This document shows, piece by piece, positions 46,397 through 54,648 of a stretch of 61,985 nt of DNA. The translations under genes were made by a program, and so were the position numbers. Each line of letters opens with the position of its first letter. The stretch's first letter is position 1. Under the pieces are notes generated by a model that was given only the letters and a program-made list of their open reading frames with translations, did not search any database and was not told the origin of the DNA. Origin of the DNA: a virus (Duplodnaviria; Caudoviricetes); IMG/VR virus record IMGVR_UViG_3300032053_000071, positions 1 through 61,985 of that record, one strand, 5' to 3'.

Positions 46397-46864
46397 TTAT
46401 TGCTGAATATTTCTCTTCATGGAACTTCCAAAGTAGTATCCAAAAATAGAAAGAACTACACCCTCTGAAATTCCTATCAGGTGTATCCATATTTCTTTAT
46501 TTTGGTCCGGAATTTGTAGATATACAATTGCGTAGACTATAAAACAAAATACCGACAAGCCAACAAAGCCTGTCAAATAAAATAAAAAATCAAACCTATG
46601 AACTTTAGCTATTTCAATTTCTCTATTACGAGCGGACTCTCTATCCTGAACCTCCAATGCAAAAACTTCTTTGAGATGATCCAAAGCGGCAGCCTTGTCT
46701 TCGGGGGATAACTCATCTGATGACGAGATGAGGTTCTTGACAATACCTAAAACTCCCTGATTAGGGAGTGCATCACCTACGCTTTCTAGAATCTTAGGTG
46801 CTTTTTCTTTTAAGAACTTACCAACTTTGGTATCCTTAAACTTTTTCTTGTCGTTATCTTCCAT
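46397..46864 (-). CDS. Holin-like membrane protein
   Basis: DRESARNRE motif, two hydrophobic helices, GYYFGSS; adjacent to the endolysin. Confidence 0.7.
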   Translation of the reverse strand: MEDNDKKKFKDTKVGKFLKEKAPKILESVGDALPNQGVLGIVKNLISSSDELSPEDKAAALDHLKEVFALEVQDRESARNREIEIAKVHRFDFLFYLTGFVGLSVFCFIVYAIVYLQIPDQNKEIWIHLIGISEGVVLSIFGYYFGSSMKRNIQQ

Positions 46865-47328
46865 TATTCTTTAATTTCAAAGTGCATCCAATCCCGATTC
46901 TGTTCAATACCCAATGAAATAAACCCATTTTTATAGAAAATGTCAATCATTGGCTTGTATTCAGGCCTTGCAAACCTAGCCGTAGCCCTACATTCTTTCA
47001 ATGTATTTCTTGCCGGGTCTAAATCAATAGCTATTCCCCATGCATGCATTGACCAAGCATTACCATTTCTCATCTTTCTGTAATTGAAACAGCCACCAAA
47101 CAAGTCAATACCTAATTCTTTTATCTTGTTATACCCATATTCAATGAGTATTTCGTTAAAAACATTTGTAAGATTGCTTGCTATAAGCTTGTGACACATC
47201 ATTGTAGTAACTGTAGAGTCAGTATCCCATGCAATACGCATAGGATATGGTAGAGTTATCTTAACTAAGTATCCGGACCCTGTTTCATTAGGTGCTCCGT
47301 ATTTTTTTGTAGCTGCTTGTGTAGTCAT
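46864..47328 (-). CDS. Endolysin, M15 family zinc peptidase
   Basis: GGCFNYR, WSMHAWGIAIDLD, DWMHFE. Confidence 0.9.
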   Translation of the reverse strand: MTTQAATKKYGAPNETGSGYLVKITLPYPMRIAWDTDSTVTTMMCHKLIASNLTNVFNEILIEYGYNKIKELGIDLFGGCFNYRKMRNGNAWSMHAWGIAIDLDPARNTLKECRATARFARPEYKPMIDIFYKNGFISLGIEQNRDWMHFEIKE

Positions 47329-47462
47329 TTTCCTTGCCCTCTATATGGCTTTTTATATAGCTTGCTTGTCTTTAACTTACTCGTCTTAGTCTTAGCTTGA
47401 ACGCCCTTCGTTTTCGACTTGCTTCTCAGTGTTGGCTGATTCGCTATTCCTTGCTTTGCCAT
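47325..47462 (-). CDS. Small very basic protein (45 aa, not in the ORF track)
   Basis: MAKQGIANQPTLRSKSKTKG...YKKPYRGQGK; ATGA overlap with the endolysin start. Confidence 0.6.
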   Translation of the reverse strand: MAKQGIANQPTLRSKSKTKGVQAKTKTSKLKTSKLYKKPYRGQGK

Positions 47463-47613
47463 TTTTTACTTCGTTTAATAATCTTATTATAGTGTAAGCT
47501 ATAGTAGCTAAAAACAAAACAGATTGCAACAGAGCGTTTAGATTTTGTAGGCTAAGTACGAACATGCATACGACATTAGCACTAATAACCTTGATGTCTT
47601 GAAAGTGTAACAT
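47392..47613 (-). CDS. Small membrane protein, holin-like
   Basis: Two hydrophobic segments and a charged C-terminal tail. Confidence 0.55.
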   Translation of the reverse strand: MLHFQDIKVISANVVCMFVLSLQNLNALLQSVLFLATIAYTIIRLLNEVKNGKARNSESANTEKQVENEGRSS

Positions 47614-47646
47614 AGGAGGATTGGTTTAATGCTAATTAAACGCAAA

Positions 47647-47838
47647 CTACTCTTTGTTATTGCCATTGTTGTTATTATATGGAAACTTTTGATTCAAAGC
47701 TTCTCTTCTTTTATTGCATCCGCAGTCTTCTTTGCCTACAGCTTTAGTTACTGCATGCACTACTTGCTTTATTCCTGTTGCTGTTGTAATCTTGTCGATT
47801 GTATCTCCAAGACCTCTGCTTTCTTGACTTAATTTCAT
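47647..47838 (-). CDS. Hypothetical protein
   Basis: GLGDTIDKITTATGIK...CGCNKRREALN. Confidence 0.7.
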   Translation of the reverse strand: MKLSQESRGLGDTIDKITTATGIKQVVHAVTKAVGKEDCGCNKRREALNQKFPYNNNNGNNKE

Positions 47839-47842
47839 TTGA

Positions 47843-48181
47843 TTAAATTTTAGATACCCTATTACCCATTCCTACTCTTGATTTCTCAGCCTTCTTTGCC
47901 ATAAGTTTTGAAGGAGATATTTCGGATTTGGTTTTAGGGGTTTGTGATGAAATACGATTTGTTGGTCGGCAATATTCATTCTTTCCTCCTGCTCCACACG
48001 CCTTACCTGATTTTGTGTCTACCCACTTCTCTGATTGCCATCTTTTCAGTGCCGTGCCCTGTTCTGTCTTTCTAACAGTTCCTGATGACTTCCTGCATTT
48101 AGCAATAGCCTGTGATGCCCTCGCCGAAGGGAACACGTCATACTGTGCTTTTACTTTTTTATAACAGGCGTCTTTTGGCAT
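47843..48181 (-). CDS. Basic Cys-containing hypothetical protein
   Basis: MPKDACYKKVK...PSARAS...LKRWQSEKWVD...YCRP. Confidence 0.7.
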   Translation of the reverse strand: MPKDACYKKVKAQYDVFPSARASQAIAKCRKSSGTVRKTEQGTALKRWQSEKWVDTKSGKACGAGGKNEYCRPTNRISSQTPKTKSEISPSKLMAKKAEKSRVGMGNRVSKI

Positions 48182-48501
48182 TATTTATTTCTTTTTGTAA
48201 ACTTCATAGGTCTTTCTGAACCCTCAAGTCTTCCTGCATTAAGCTCATCAGAAAACGAAGGATATGTTGTTTTACTTCTTGCTTCATTAAATCCTTCTTT
48301 ATATCTTGCGCTATCCTTTTTAGAATACGGATTTCCTCCTCTTGTAGTCATTACACTTGCCTCAACGTATTTATAATTAGGCTTCTCTATTATTTTTTTA
48401 GGAGAATAATTTGAACTTACGCGCGTATTATCAGATACCGCTTGTGGCGCAGATGTTGGCGCTAATGGAAAGTCTCTTTTGATTTTTTTCTTTTCAGGCA
48501 T
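48181..48501 (-). CDS. Basic hypothetical protein
   Basis: Start reassigned to MPEKKK at 48501. Confidence 0.6.
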   Translation of the reverse strand: MPEKKKIKRDFPLAPTSAPQAVSDNTRVSSNYSPKKIIEKPNYKYVEASVMTTRGGNPYSKKDSARYKEGFNEARSKTTYPSFSDELNAGRLEGSERPMKFTKRNK

Positions 48502-48505
48502 AGTT

Positions 48506-48631
48506 TTACTTTTTCTTTTTACTTGGAATGATACCTCTAGCAATTAGTATATCTTTTTTAGTAATCTTTCCGTCTCCATTTTTATCAGGAAACTTAGATT
48601 TAGTCTTAGTTACTTTTTTTACTATTTTCAT
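48506..48631 (-). CDS. 41-aa basic protein with an EF-hand-like loop (not in the ORF track)
   Basis: MKIVKKVTKTKSKFPDKNGDGKITKKDILIARGIIPSKKKK. Confidence 0.6.
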   Translation of the reverse strand: MKIVKKVTKTKSKFPDKNGDGKITKKDILIARGIIPSKKKK

Positions 48632-48750
48632 TTTTTCTTTTTAACAGTTTTACTTACGTTTCCTTTCAAGAACTTCATAGCTCCGTCTAATGATTTCTTA
48701 GACTCAAACTTTGCAGCCTTCTTGACTATTTTCTTCATTGATGTTGCCAT
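48628..48750 (-). CDS. 40-aa basic protein (not in the ORF track)
   Basis: MATSMKKIVKKAAKFESKKSLDGAMKFLKGNVSKTVKKKK; ATGA overlap with the next gene. Confidence 0.6.
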   Translation of the reverse strand: MATSMKKIVKKAAKFESKKSLDGAMKFLKGNVSKTVKKKK

Positions 48751-48752
48751 GA

Positions 48753-48914
48753 CTATTTATTTTTAATTAGTGACCAAATAGCACCAATTGCAGTTATAAC
48801 TACCCCAATGGTTTCATTGATTACGGCCTCGCTTGATAAGCCTTTGATAATAAAGATACCGCCAACAAAAGTTAACGCGTGTCTGATTATTCCTAATACT
48901 TGTTCTTTGTTCAT
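48753..48914 (-). CDS. 53-aa two-helix membrane protein, holin-like (not in the ORF track)
   Basis: MNKEQVLGIIRHALTFVGGIFIIKG...GAIWSLIKNK. Confidence 0.65.
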   Translation of the reverse strand: MNKEQVLGIIRHALTFVGGIFIIKGLSSEAVINETIGVVITAIGAIWSLIKNK

Positions 48915-48918
48915 AGTT

Positions 48919-49209
48919 TTAATATTTACCTCTTCTTCCTTTCGGATTAGATGTTGTTGAACCTCCCGGACCTGCCCAAAGGTTTTTACACGCCCAATAT
49001 CTCGGTGTTAATTTGTCGTTTGCTGTGTCACAACCATGTCTTGCCTTGAAACTCTTACGAGCTGCAGCTGAATAGTTGTTGCCATAGCCGGTCGCTCCGA
49101 AGTGGAGGAGTTTTTCTGCTCCCCCACTACAGGCTTTTACCATCTTTTTCTTGCCCGGTCTGTCTGAAGCGACAGGACGGTTGCAACTCATTTTAGATTT
49201 GTCCGCCAT
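48919..49209 (-). CDS. Basic hypothetical phage protein
   Basis: KKKMVKAC...HFGATGY...RKSFKARH...YWACKNLW. Confidence 0.7.
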   Translation of the reverse strand: MADKSKMSCNRPVASDRPGKKKMVKACSGGAEKLLHFGATGYGNNYSAAARKSFKARHGCDTANDKLTPRYWACKNLWAGPGGSTTSNPKGRRGKY

Positions 49210-49361
49210 TACGCTTCAGTTTGAGTTGAATGAAAGTCTCTACTTGATGCACCCTGATTCTCAGGTTTTAATCCGTTAGTTACCTCTTCTTTTTTCTCAG
49301 TCTCAACAACAGGAACATCTATTTGCTCATCAGTTGTTTCGATAGCTGTTTTCTTTGCCAT
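49209..49361 (-). CDS. 50-aa acidic protein (not in the ORF track)
   Basis: MAKKTAIETTDEQIDVPVVE...; TAATG coupling to the next gene. Confidence 0.55.
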   Translation of the reverse strand: MAKKTAIETTDEQIDVPVVETEKKEEVTNGLKPENQGASSRDFHSTQTEA

Positions 49362-49379
49362 TGTAATTTGTTTTAAAAA

Positions 49380-49565
49380 TTAATAACCTTTCTTAGCCAT
49401 CTTGCCTCCTTTAGAAGCCATAGCCATTACTTTCTTAGTTGTTCCACCTTTTTTCATTCCACCTACTTCTTTAATCTTGCCACTAAGACTTCCGCCGCCG
49501 CCGCTTGGTGGTTGTAATCTTGAAGATGCAGGTAAATTTGGTGTTGCTTTTTTTGAAGTTGCCAT
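49380..49565 (-). CDS. Small basic low-complexity protein
   Basis: 61 aa, rich in Lys, Gly and Met. Confidence 0.6.
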   Translation of the reverse strand: MATSKKATPNLPASSRLQPPSGGGGSLSGKIKEVGGMKKGGTTKKVMAMASKGGKMAKKGY

Positions 49566-49593
49566 TGTTTTTATTTTTAATTGTTATTGAAAA

Positions 49594-49830
49594 CTAATTA
49601 TATCCACCGAATCCCATTCCTGATCCTTGACCCGGACATCCTCTTTTAGTGCAACGAGGTCCTCTATTCGATTGCCTAACCTCTCTATTGCTTTGTCTTT
49701 CTGCTCTATTAGCTTGTCTGTTTTCTTTTCTTTCCATTCTTTTTTCTTTATTTCCAAGACCAAGAAATGATGGACCTGAAGAAACCGGGCTTAAGTTTGG
49801 TGTTGTTGATAATGGATAATCGCGTCCCAT
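49594..49830 (-). CDS. Small Arg-rich protein
   Basis: 78 aa with RQxNR repeats. Confidence 0.6.
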   Translation of the reverse strand: MGRDYPLSTTPNLSPVSSGPSFLGLGNKEKRMERKENRQANRAERQSNREVRQSNRGPRCTKRGCPGQGSGMGFGGYN

Positions 49831-49848
49831 AATTTTTATTTCTAATTG

Positions 49849-50049
49849 TTAGATAATTATTTTAGGCTCAGGTGTTGCAGCAAGTGGAGTGTCAGGCCTC
49901 ATTGAATTTTTATTAACAATGCCTCTACTTGGAACAGGTGCTATATTTGGTGTCATTATTGATTGCGGTGCGCCACGATTTACAATTCCTCTTCCATCAG
50001 GAGATGTAATCTTTTGCACTCCACCTTTGTTAACTAATGCTCGTCCCAT
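49849..50049 (-). CDS. Small protein with an internal RGIVN repeat
   Basis: RALVNKG / RGIVNRG / RGIVNKN; promoter motif TATCTTTG at 50075-50082. Confidence 0.6.
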   Translation of the reverse strand: MGRALVNKGGVQKITSPDGRGIVNRGAPQSIMTPNIAPVPSRGIVNKNSMRPDTPLAATPEPKIII

Positions 50050-50096
50050 AATTATTTATTTTATCTTTACAAAACAAAGATAATAAATTTAATCAA

Positions 50097-50549
50097 ATGA
50101 AATCACGGAAGAACGACTACCTGAAATATTGGAAAGTCATCAGGCAATTTATCAAATCAAAGTATGGGATTGGTCAGGCCGACCTAGACATGCTACTCTT
50201 TCTATATTCAGAAGGATATTTCAAGAAGACAGACTTCCTAAAGTTTAACAATATTCTAAGTTGGGATGTGAATAGATTTGAACGCATGAGACAGAATGAT
50301 TGGATCTCAGTTTTTAGAAAAGGTGTTGGACGTACATGCGCTATCTATGAGCTGTCCTACAAGGGGACTCGTATGATTGATTCGATATACAAGAAACTTA
50401 GCGGAGAAGAAATCCCATCAACAATGAATGGAAACCCCATGTTCCACAGAAATGTAAAGTACTCCGACAAGGTGTATAAGAATATGATTATAGAAATGAA
50501 TAAAGAGATTAGGGATTTAAGACAACGACAACGTCTGACTCCCGAATAA
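50097..50549 (+). CDS. Winged-helix (MarR-like) putative transcription regulator
   Basis: GIGQADLDMLLFL...WISVFRKG...IYELSYKG; the only credible + strand gene in the - arm. Confidence 0.6.
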   Translation: MKSRKNDYLKYWKVIRQFIKSKYGIGQADLDMLLFLYSEGYFKKTDFLKFNNILSWDVNRFERMRQNDWISVFRKGVGRTCAIYELSYKGTRMIDSIYKKLSGEEIPSTMNGNPMFHRNVKYSDKVYKNMIIEMNKEIRDLRQRQRLTPE

Positions 50550-50772
50550 TGCTAAACTGCTCATCGCCAATTATCATGGTGTACCCATGAGCCTTGTCAT
50601 AGTATATCTCATCCCCTTCGTTGATAACCGTCACGTCAGTGCCCGGTTTATGAACGATGGCTCGCTTGTAGCGTAACTGATTGGTGTCTTCTCCTGAAAG
50701 AATCAAACCTGACTGAGTCTTAACCTCTTCGTCAATGGTCTTTATTACGATGTATTTGCCTATTGGTTTCAT
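50509..50772 (-). CDS. groES: Co-chaperonin GroES
   Basis: MKPIGKYIVIK..EEVKTQSGLILS...EGDEIYY...IIRESDVV. Confidence 0.9.
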   Translation of the reverse strand: MKPIGKYIVIKTIDEEVKTQSGLILSGEDTNQLRYKRAIVHKPGTDVTVINEGDEIYYDKAHGYTMIIGDEQFSIIRESDVVVVLNP

Positions 50773-50773
50773 A

Positions 50774-51031
50774 TTAAAAATCGGTATTTGCCCATATTGG
50801 TCCGTTCTCAATTCCATCAAATGCTGTTCTTACGTTGTCCTCAAAGTGCTCGATGGCATCCTCGAATGGCATACCGTCTACATACACCAAGACGTCAATG
50901 CACTTGCTTACTGAATAGATGAGCCTACCCTCGTCAAGTTCTACCCCTATTACTGCCTCGTTGAACCCATCTGCTCTCACGAACTCAGTCTCGGGATATG
51001 CGTTTAGTATTTTACTTAGCGTCTGACTCAT
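50774..51031 (-). CDS. Hypothetical phage protein
   Basis: ADGFNEAVIGV...IYSVSKCI...DAIEHFEDNV. Confidence 0.7.
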   Translation of the reverse strand: MSQTLSKILNAYPETEFVRADGFNEAVIGVELDEGRLIYSVSKCIDVLVYVDGMPFEDAIEHFEDNVRTAFDGIENGPIWANTDF

Positions 51032-52619
51032 ACGTTCTTGCCATTGTAATGATTGCATTAGTGCTTAGGATTGTAACTGCTACGCTGACTGCGTTCTGAA
51101 GCGCACTTCTCGTAACCTTCAATGGGTCAATAACACCCATCTTGATAAGGTCGCCCTTCTCTCCTGTTTTCAAGTTATAGCCAAATCCAGCCTCTTCCTG
51201 CCCATTATAGATGTTTGTGACACATAACCCTGCATTCTCCAATATCTGCGTCAGAGGGGCTTGCAATGCGTCACGAAGTATGCTCGCAGCCACCGATTCC
51301 TCAGCAGTTGTGAAGTCAGAAACTTTAATCTCGCTGATTACCTCAACGAGTGCCTTGCCTGCACCCGGAAGGATGCCTTCCTCTAAAGCAGAACGAACTG
51401 CACAGACAGCGTCATCGACTCTGTCGTATAGCTCTTTCTGCTCAAGGTCGGTATTTCCCCCTACGAAAATTACTCCTATACCGCCTGTTAAGGAAGCAAT
51501 ACGCTCCAACAGGAAGTCTTTATCGTTCTTACGAGTAGCAGCAGCATGCGCGTCCCACAACTGCTTAACTCTCTCGTCAATTGTCTCCTTTTTTGCTCTT
51601 ACGTCAGACTTTAGGATAACAGTCTTGTCCTTGCTAACAATAACCTTTGCCGCATGGCCTAGGTCTCCGAAATTTATATGACTTAGATCGTCACCTGTTT
51701 TCTCGCTGTAGTATGTCGCACCGACACTAATCGCTATGTCATGCATCAGTTCATGCTGCTTGTATCCAAAGTTTGGAGGAGCAACAGCACACACTTTCAA
51801 ATTACCCTTCACCACATTTGCCGCTAGCGTGTTTATCACGTTAGGATTACATGGGGAGATGATAAGTAATTTCTTGCCCTCAGTAATAATTGGTTTTAGT
51901 ACGTTCTCAATCTGAAGGATGTTGGCTATCTCCATGTCAGCTACGAAAATCATCACATCCTCAAAAACACACTCGTCTTTCTTTTGGTCGTTGATGAACA
52001 TAGGACTAAGATACCCCCTGTCAAACTTTAACCCCATAGTCGTCTCCGCATACGTGTCATGACTCTGACTCTTCTCCACCGTAACAATACCGGTCTTGCC
52101 TACGTCCTTGTACACCTCCGCAATTATCTGCCCAATGCTTCTATCGTTATTCGCTGATATGGTCGCCACATCAGACAACATCTTTGTATTTACTTTCTTG
52201 CTCTTAGCTTTCAACTTCTCCACTACCTTGTTACTCATCTCCACCAAGTGTCTCAGAACCTCAGTTCGGTTATGGCTGTCCGTTATCTTCTCAAGACCAC
52301 CTAGAACAAGTGCCTCTGTCAAGACAATTGCCGTAGTCGTTCCGTCACCTGCTGCGGTAGCAGTCTTGTCCGCCGCCTCCTTCATCATTCTTACCGCTAG
52401 GTTCTCCACCGGATCAATCAAGTCCACAGACTTAGCTACGGTTACACCGTCCTTAGTTACCGTAATGCCATGAGTATGTTCAGGAGATTCAATCAAGACA
52501 GTATTACCCGAAGGGCCTAGTGTACTTTTAACAGCTCGTGACATTTTCATTACACCGCTGATGAGTTTCTGTCTACCTGTTGCGCCAAACTGCAAGTCTT
52601 TTGGAGAGTATCCGTTCAT
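51012..52619 (-). CDS. groEL: Chaperonin GroEL
   Basis: TLGPSG, TKDGVTVAK, AGDGTTTA, FDRGYLSP, GVIDPLKVTRSALQNA; lacks the GGM tail. Confidence 0.97.
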   Translation of the reverse strand: MNGYSPKDLQFGATGRQKLISGVMKMSRAVKSTLGPSGNTVLIESPEHTHGITVTKDGVTVAKSVDLIDPVENLAVRMMKEAADKTATAAGDGTTTAIVLTEALVLGGLEKITDSHNRTEVLRHLVEMSNKVVEKLKAKSKKVNTKMLSDVATISANNDRSIGQIIAEVYKDVGKTGIVTVEKSQSHDTYAETTMGLKFDRGYLSPMFINDQKKDECVFEDVMIFVADMEIANILQIENVLKPIITEGKKLLIISPCNPNVINTLAANVVKGNLKVCAVAPPNFGYKQHELMHDIAISVGATYYSEKTGDDLSHINFGDLGHAAKVIVSKDKTVILKSDVRAKKETIDERVKQLWDAHAAATRKNDKDFLLERIASLTGGIGVIFVGGNTDLEQKELYDRVDDAVCAVRSALEEGILPGAGKALVEVISEIKVSDFTTAEESVAASILRDALQAPLTQILENAGLCVTNIYNGQEEAGFGYNLKTGEKGDLIKMGVIDPLKVTRSALQNAVSVAVTILSTNAIITMARTYESDAK

Positions 52620-52642
52620 TTGATTCAATTTGATTTATGCCA

Positions 52643-52650
52643 CAAAGATA
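52643..52650 (-). promoter_or_regulatory. Bacteroidota-type -7 promoter element for groEL
   Basis: TATCTTTG upstream of the groEL start. Confidence 0.55.
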
Positions 52651-52737
52651 GAGAAGATGATTTAACAAACAAATAAATTTGGATGTCTATTAGAGACCTA
52701 AAAAGGTCTCTAATGACGGAATGTCAATTTCTTGCTT

Positions 52738-52861
52738 CCCTACTCTCTCTATATATTTATTCTTCTTCTTCTTTTTTTTATGACTACAGTTTCTCTTTAA
52801 AATTGACATTTTTGACATTAGTATTAAAAATCAATAAGTTAGATAAATATAATCGGTATAA
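52738..52861. repeat. Origin-like AT-rich element, copy 2
   Basis: Same ordered blocks as 4882-5017; preceded by the inverted repeat ATTAGAGACC-TAAAAA-GGTCTCTAAT (52689-52714). Confidence 0.6.
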
Positions 52862-52892
52862 ATAGTCTCATAGTAGTGTCGAATATAAACAT

Positions 52893-52920
52893 AAAAGAAG
52901 GGAACCTAGAAAGGTCCCCC
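52893..52920 (-). terminator. Putative intrinsic terminator
   Basis: Minus strand GGGGACCT-TTCT-AGGTTCCC followed by TTCTTTT. Confidence 0.6.
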
Positions 52921-52963
52921 GTTTTTCGTAAAACAAAAGTACAAATTTGGTGATAATTTACAA

Positions 52964-53191
52964 CTATCCCATACAGCTATCCCCCTTAGACATGTTGCCT
53001 AATGATACAGCTTCAGCCATAATTGACACCTTTTCTGACCTCTTCATGACGTTTTTTACCTCTACAGCTTTCTGTATTCCTGTTCTGCTGTTGGGTCTGT
53101 TGTTAATCATCATACCGCATTCCATGGTTAAACCGGGGCCTGCATTCTTTTGTTGGTAGATGCTGTTTGATAAATCTAACGGCTTTCTCAT
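52964..53191 (-). CDS. Hypothetical protein, first gene of the - arm
   Basis: 75 aa; TAAATTTG promoter motif at 53212-53219. Confidence 0.6.
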   Translation of the reverse strand: MRKPLDLSNSIYQQKNAGPGLTMECGMMINNRPNSRTGIQKAVEVKNVMKRSEKVSIMAEAVSLGNMSKGDSCMG

Positions 53192-53374
53192 ATTAAAAAA
53201 TTTAGTTGATACAAATTTAGTAAATTATTCTGAAGGTTTAGATGGTAGTAGTATTTGGGTTATACCCCCATTTGACGTTGACCTGGCCGATCCCGAAGTC
53301 GATTTTATTTTGAGGGGTGGGGGTGCTACTTCGTCTACGCCTCCCCGTTATTTTGGCGTTTTTCATATTAGTAT

Positions 53375-53408
53375 TAATCATATATAGTAACTAATCATAT
53401 ATAGTAAC
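53375..53408. repeat. 17-bp tandem duplication
   Basis: TAATCATATATAGTAAC x2. Confidence 0.9.
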
Positions 53409-53473
53409 CATTAATACATTATGATTTTTCACATATTGCAATTAATTACATATCGAGATAATTAACGCATGGT

Positions 53474-53571
53474 ACTAACGGCAAAGCATATACGCAAATT
53501 CAATTATGAATAACTAACGGCAACGTGTATACGATGGGCAACCTCCCACTACTAACGGCAACGAATAAACG
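53474..53571. repeat. Three iteron-like repeats
   Basis: ACTAACGGCAA-N4-TAWACG at 53474, 53513 and 53551 (spacing 39 and 38). Confidence 0.85.
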
Positions 53572-53714
53572 AAGGTACTTAATACTAATTTGCAACAATG
53601 TTGCATATATAGTTTTTTGTAATATGAACTAACTTGTTGATTGTCAACATATTACATATTAAAAGTAGCCTAAAAAAAGTTATAATTATATTTGTTTTAT
53701 AAAAAAATTATTCG

Positions 53715-53722
53715 TAGATTTG
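53715..53722 (+). promoter_or_regulatory. Candidate early promoter -7 element
   Basis: TAGATTTG in the divergent non-coding region, with TTTG upstream near 53691. Confidence 0.5.
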
Positions 53723-53863
53723 TATTCTATTAGTTGATACAGTGAGTAACGGCATCCTAGCCGAACAGGCAAGTAATGTAGTTTTTTGACATACGGCAAT
53801 AAATTAAAGAAAGGTAAAAATTTCATTGGGAGTACTATGTACTTTAATGAAAAAAACAAAAAA

Positions 53864-53879
53864 GTGCACTCGAGTGCAC
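53864..53879. promoter_or_regulatory. 16-bp palindrome, copy 1 (operator-like)
   Basis: GTGCACTCGAGTGCAC. Confidence 0.7.
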
Positions 53880-53925
53880 AAATTAACAAAGTAATTTTTT
53901 TTAATCATTTATAAATTTAAACAAC

Positions 53926-54447
53926 ATGCAAAACAACATCACAAAAATCGAGACAAGCGTAACGCTTACAAAAGTGCTATTAGTTAAACAAATTAGTCAA
54001 TTGAATGGAAAGGAATTCAGTATTCAATTGCAACGAGCAAATTTGTATTTTCAAGCATCGGAAAACTTTAAGCTTCAAAGCACAAAAGACGAATTACAAA
54101 AGTTGAATGTAAATTTTAAAGACAAGTACGAATATTTTTCGCAAATGTTCGGGACAGAAAAATCGCAAACCGCGAAATTAATTCGTGTAGGTAGTTTAGA
54201 CAGTCAAATCATTAGCGACTATATGTCTAATAACAAAAATCATAGTTTAACCGAATTGGATAATTTACGAAAAGTCGACAAGGATATGAATACAACCGCC
54301 GAAAAACCTACCGAAAAAAGTGAGACAGAAAAACCGTCCAAATTTACGACTGCAAAGAAAGGTATTGATATTAAGATAAATTCGGGGGTTACTACTGAAG
54401 ATATTAAAGAAGCTATAAAGTATCTGAAAGGATTGGATATTAAATAA
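53926..54447 (+). CDS. First early gene, hypothetical, possibly DNA-binding
   Basis: 173 aa, monocistronic with its own terminator; FSQMFGTEKSQTAKLIRVG is HTH-like. Confidence 0.7.
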   Translation: MQNNITKIETSVTLTKVLLVKQISQLNGKEFSIQLQRANLYFQASENFKLQSTKDELQKLNVNFKDKYEYFSQMFGTEKSQTAKLIRVGSLDSQIISDYMSNNKNHSLTELDNLRKVDKDMNTTAEKPTEKSETEKPSKFTTAKKGIDIKINSGVTTEDIKEAIKYLKGLDIK

Positions 54448-54449
54448 TC

Positions 54450-54476
54450 ATAGGGGGTTCGCCCCCTATTTTTTTT
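54450..54476 (+). terminator. Intrinsic terminator
   Basis: ATAGGGGG-TTCG-CCCCCTAT followed by a T-tract. Confidence 0.9.
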
Positions 54477-54500
54477 CAAAAAACTATCATACCTCGGCTC

Positions 54501-54527
54501 ATGTGGTCAATGTGGTCAATGTGGTCA
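54501..54527. repeat. 9-bp tandem repeat x3
   Basis: ATGTGGTCA x3. Confidence 0.9.
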
Positions 54528-54565
54528 AAATATATAATGAGGAGTTTGAGTTTGTGTGTTATGGT

Positions 54566-54625
54566 TACGGCAGTAGTGGTACGAGTGCACTCGGGTGCAC
54601 TTTGGGTTCGACTCCCAGTGTCGTG
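54566..54625 (+). ncRNA. 60-nt tRNA-like cloverleaf containing palindrome copy 2 (54585-54600)
   Basis: TACGGCA/TGTCGTG closing stem, GTA-GTGG-TAC arm, AGTGCAC-TCGG-GTGCACT arm, TTGGG-TTCGACT-CCCAG T-arm. Confidence 0.45.
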
Positions 54626-54648
54626 CTAATCAAATTAAATCAACAGTT

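Noticed and set aside
54501-54527. ATGTGGTCA x3 as a functional array
   Set aside because: A short perfect tandem with no spacers that could be slippage; kept only as a repeat feature.
54566-54625. A functional tRNA gene
   Set aside because: Only 60 nt, with a 4-nt loop in place of the anticodon loop, a minimal D-arm and no CCA; reported as tRNA-like instead.
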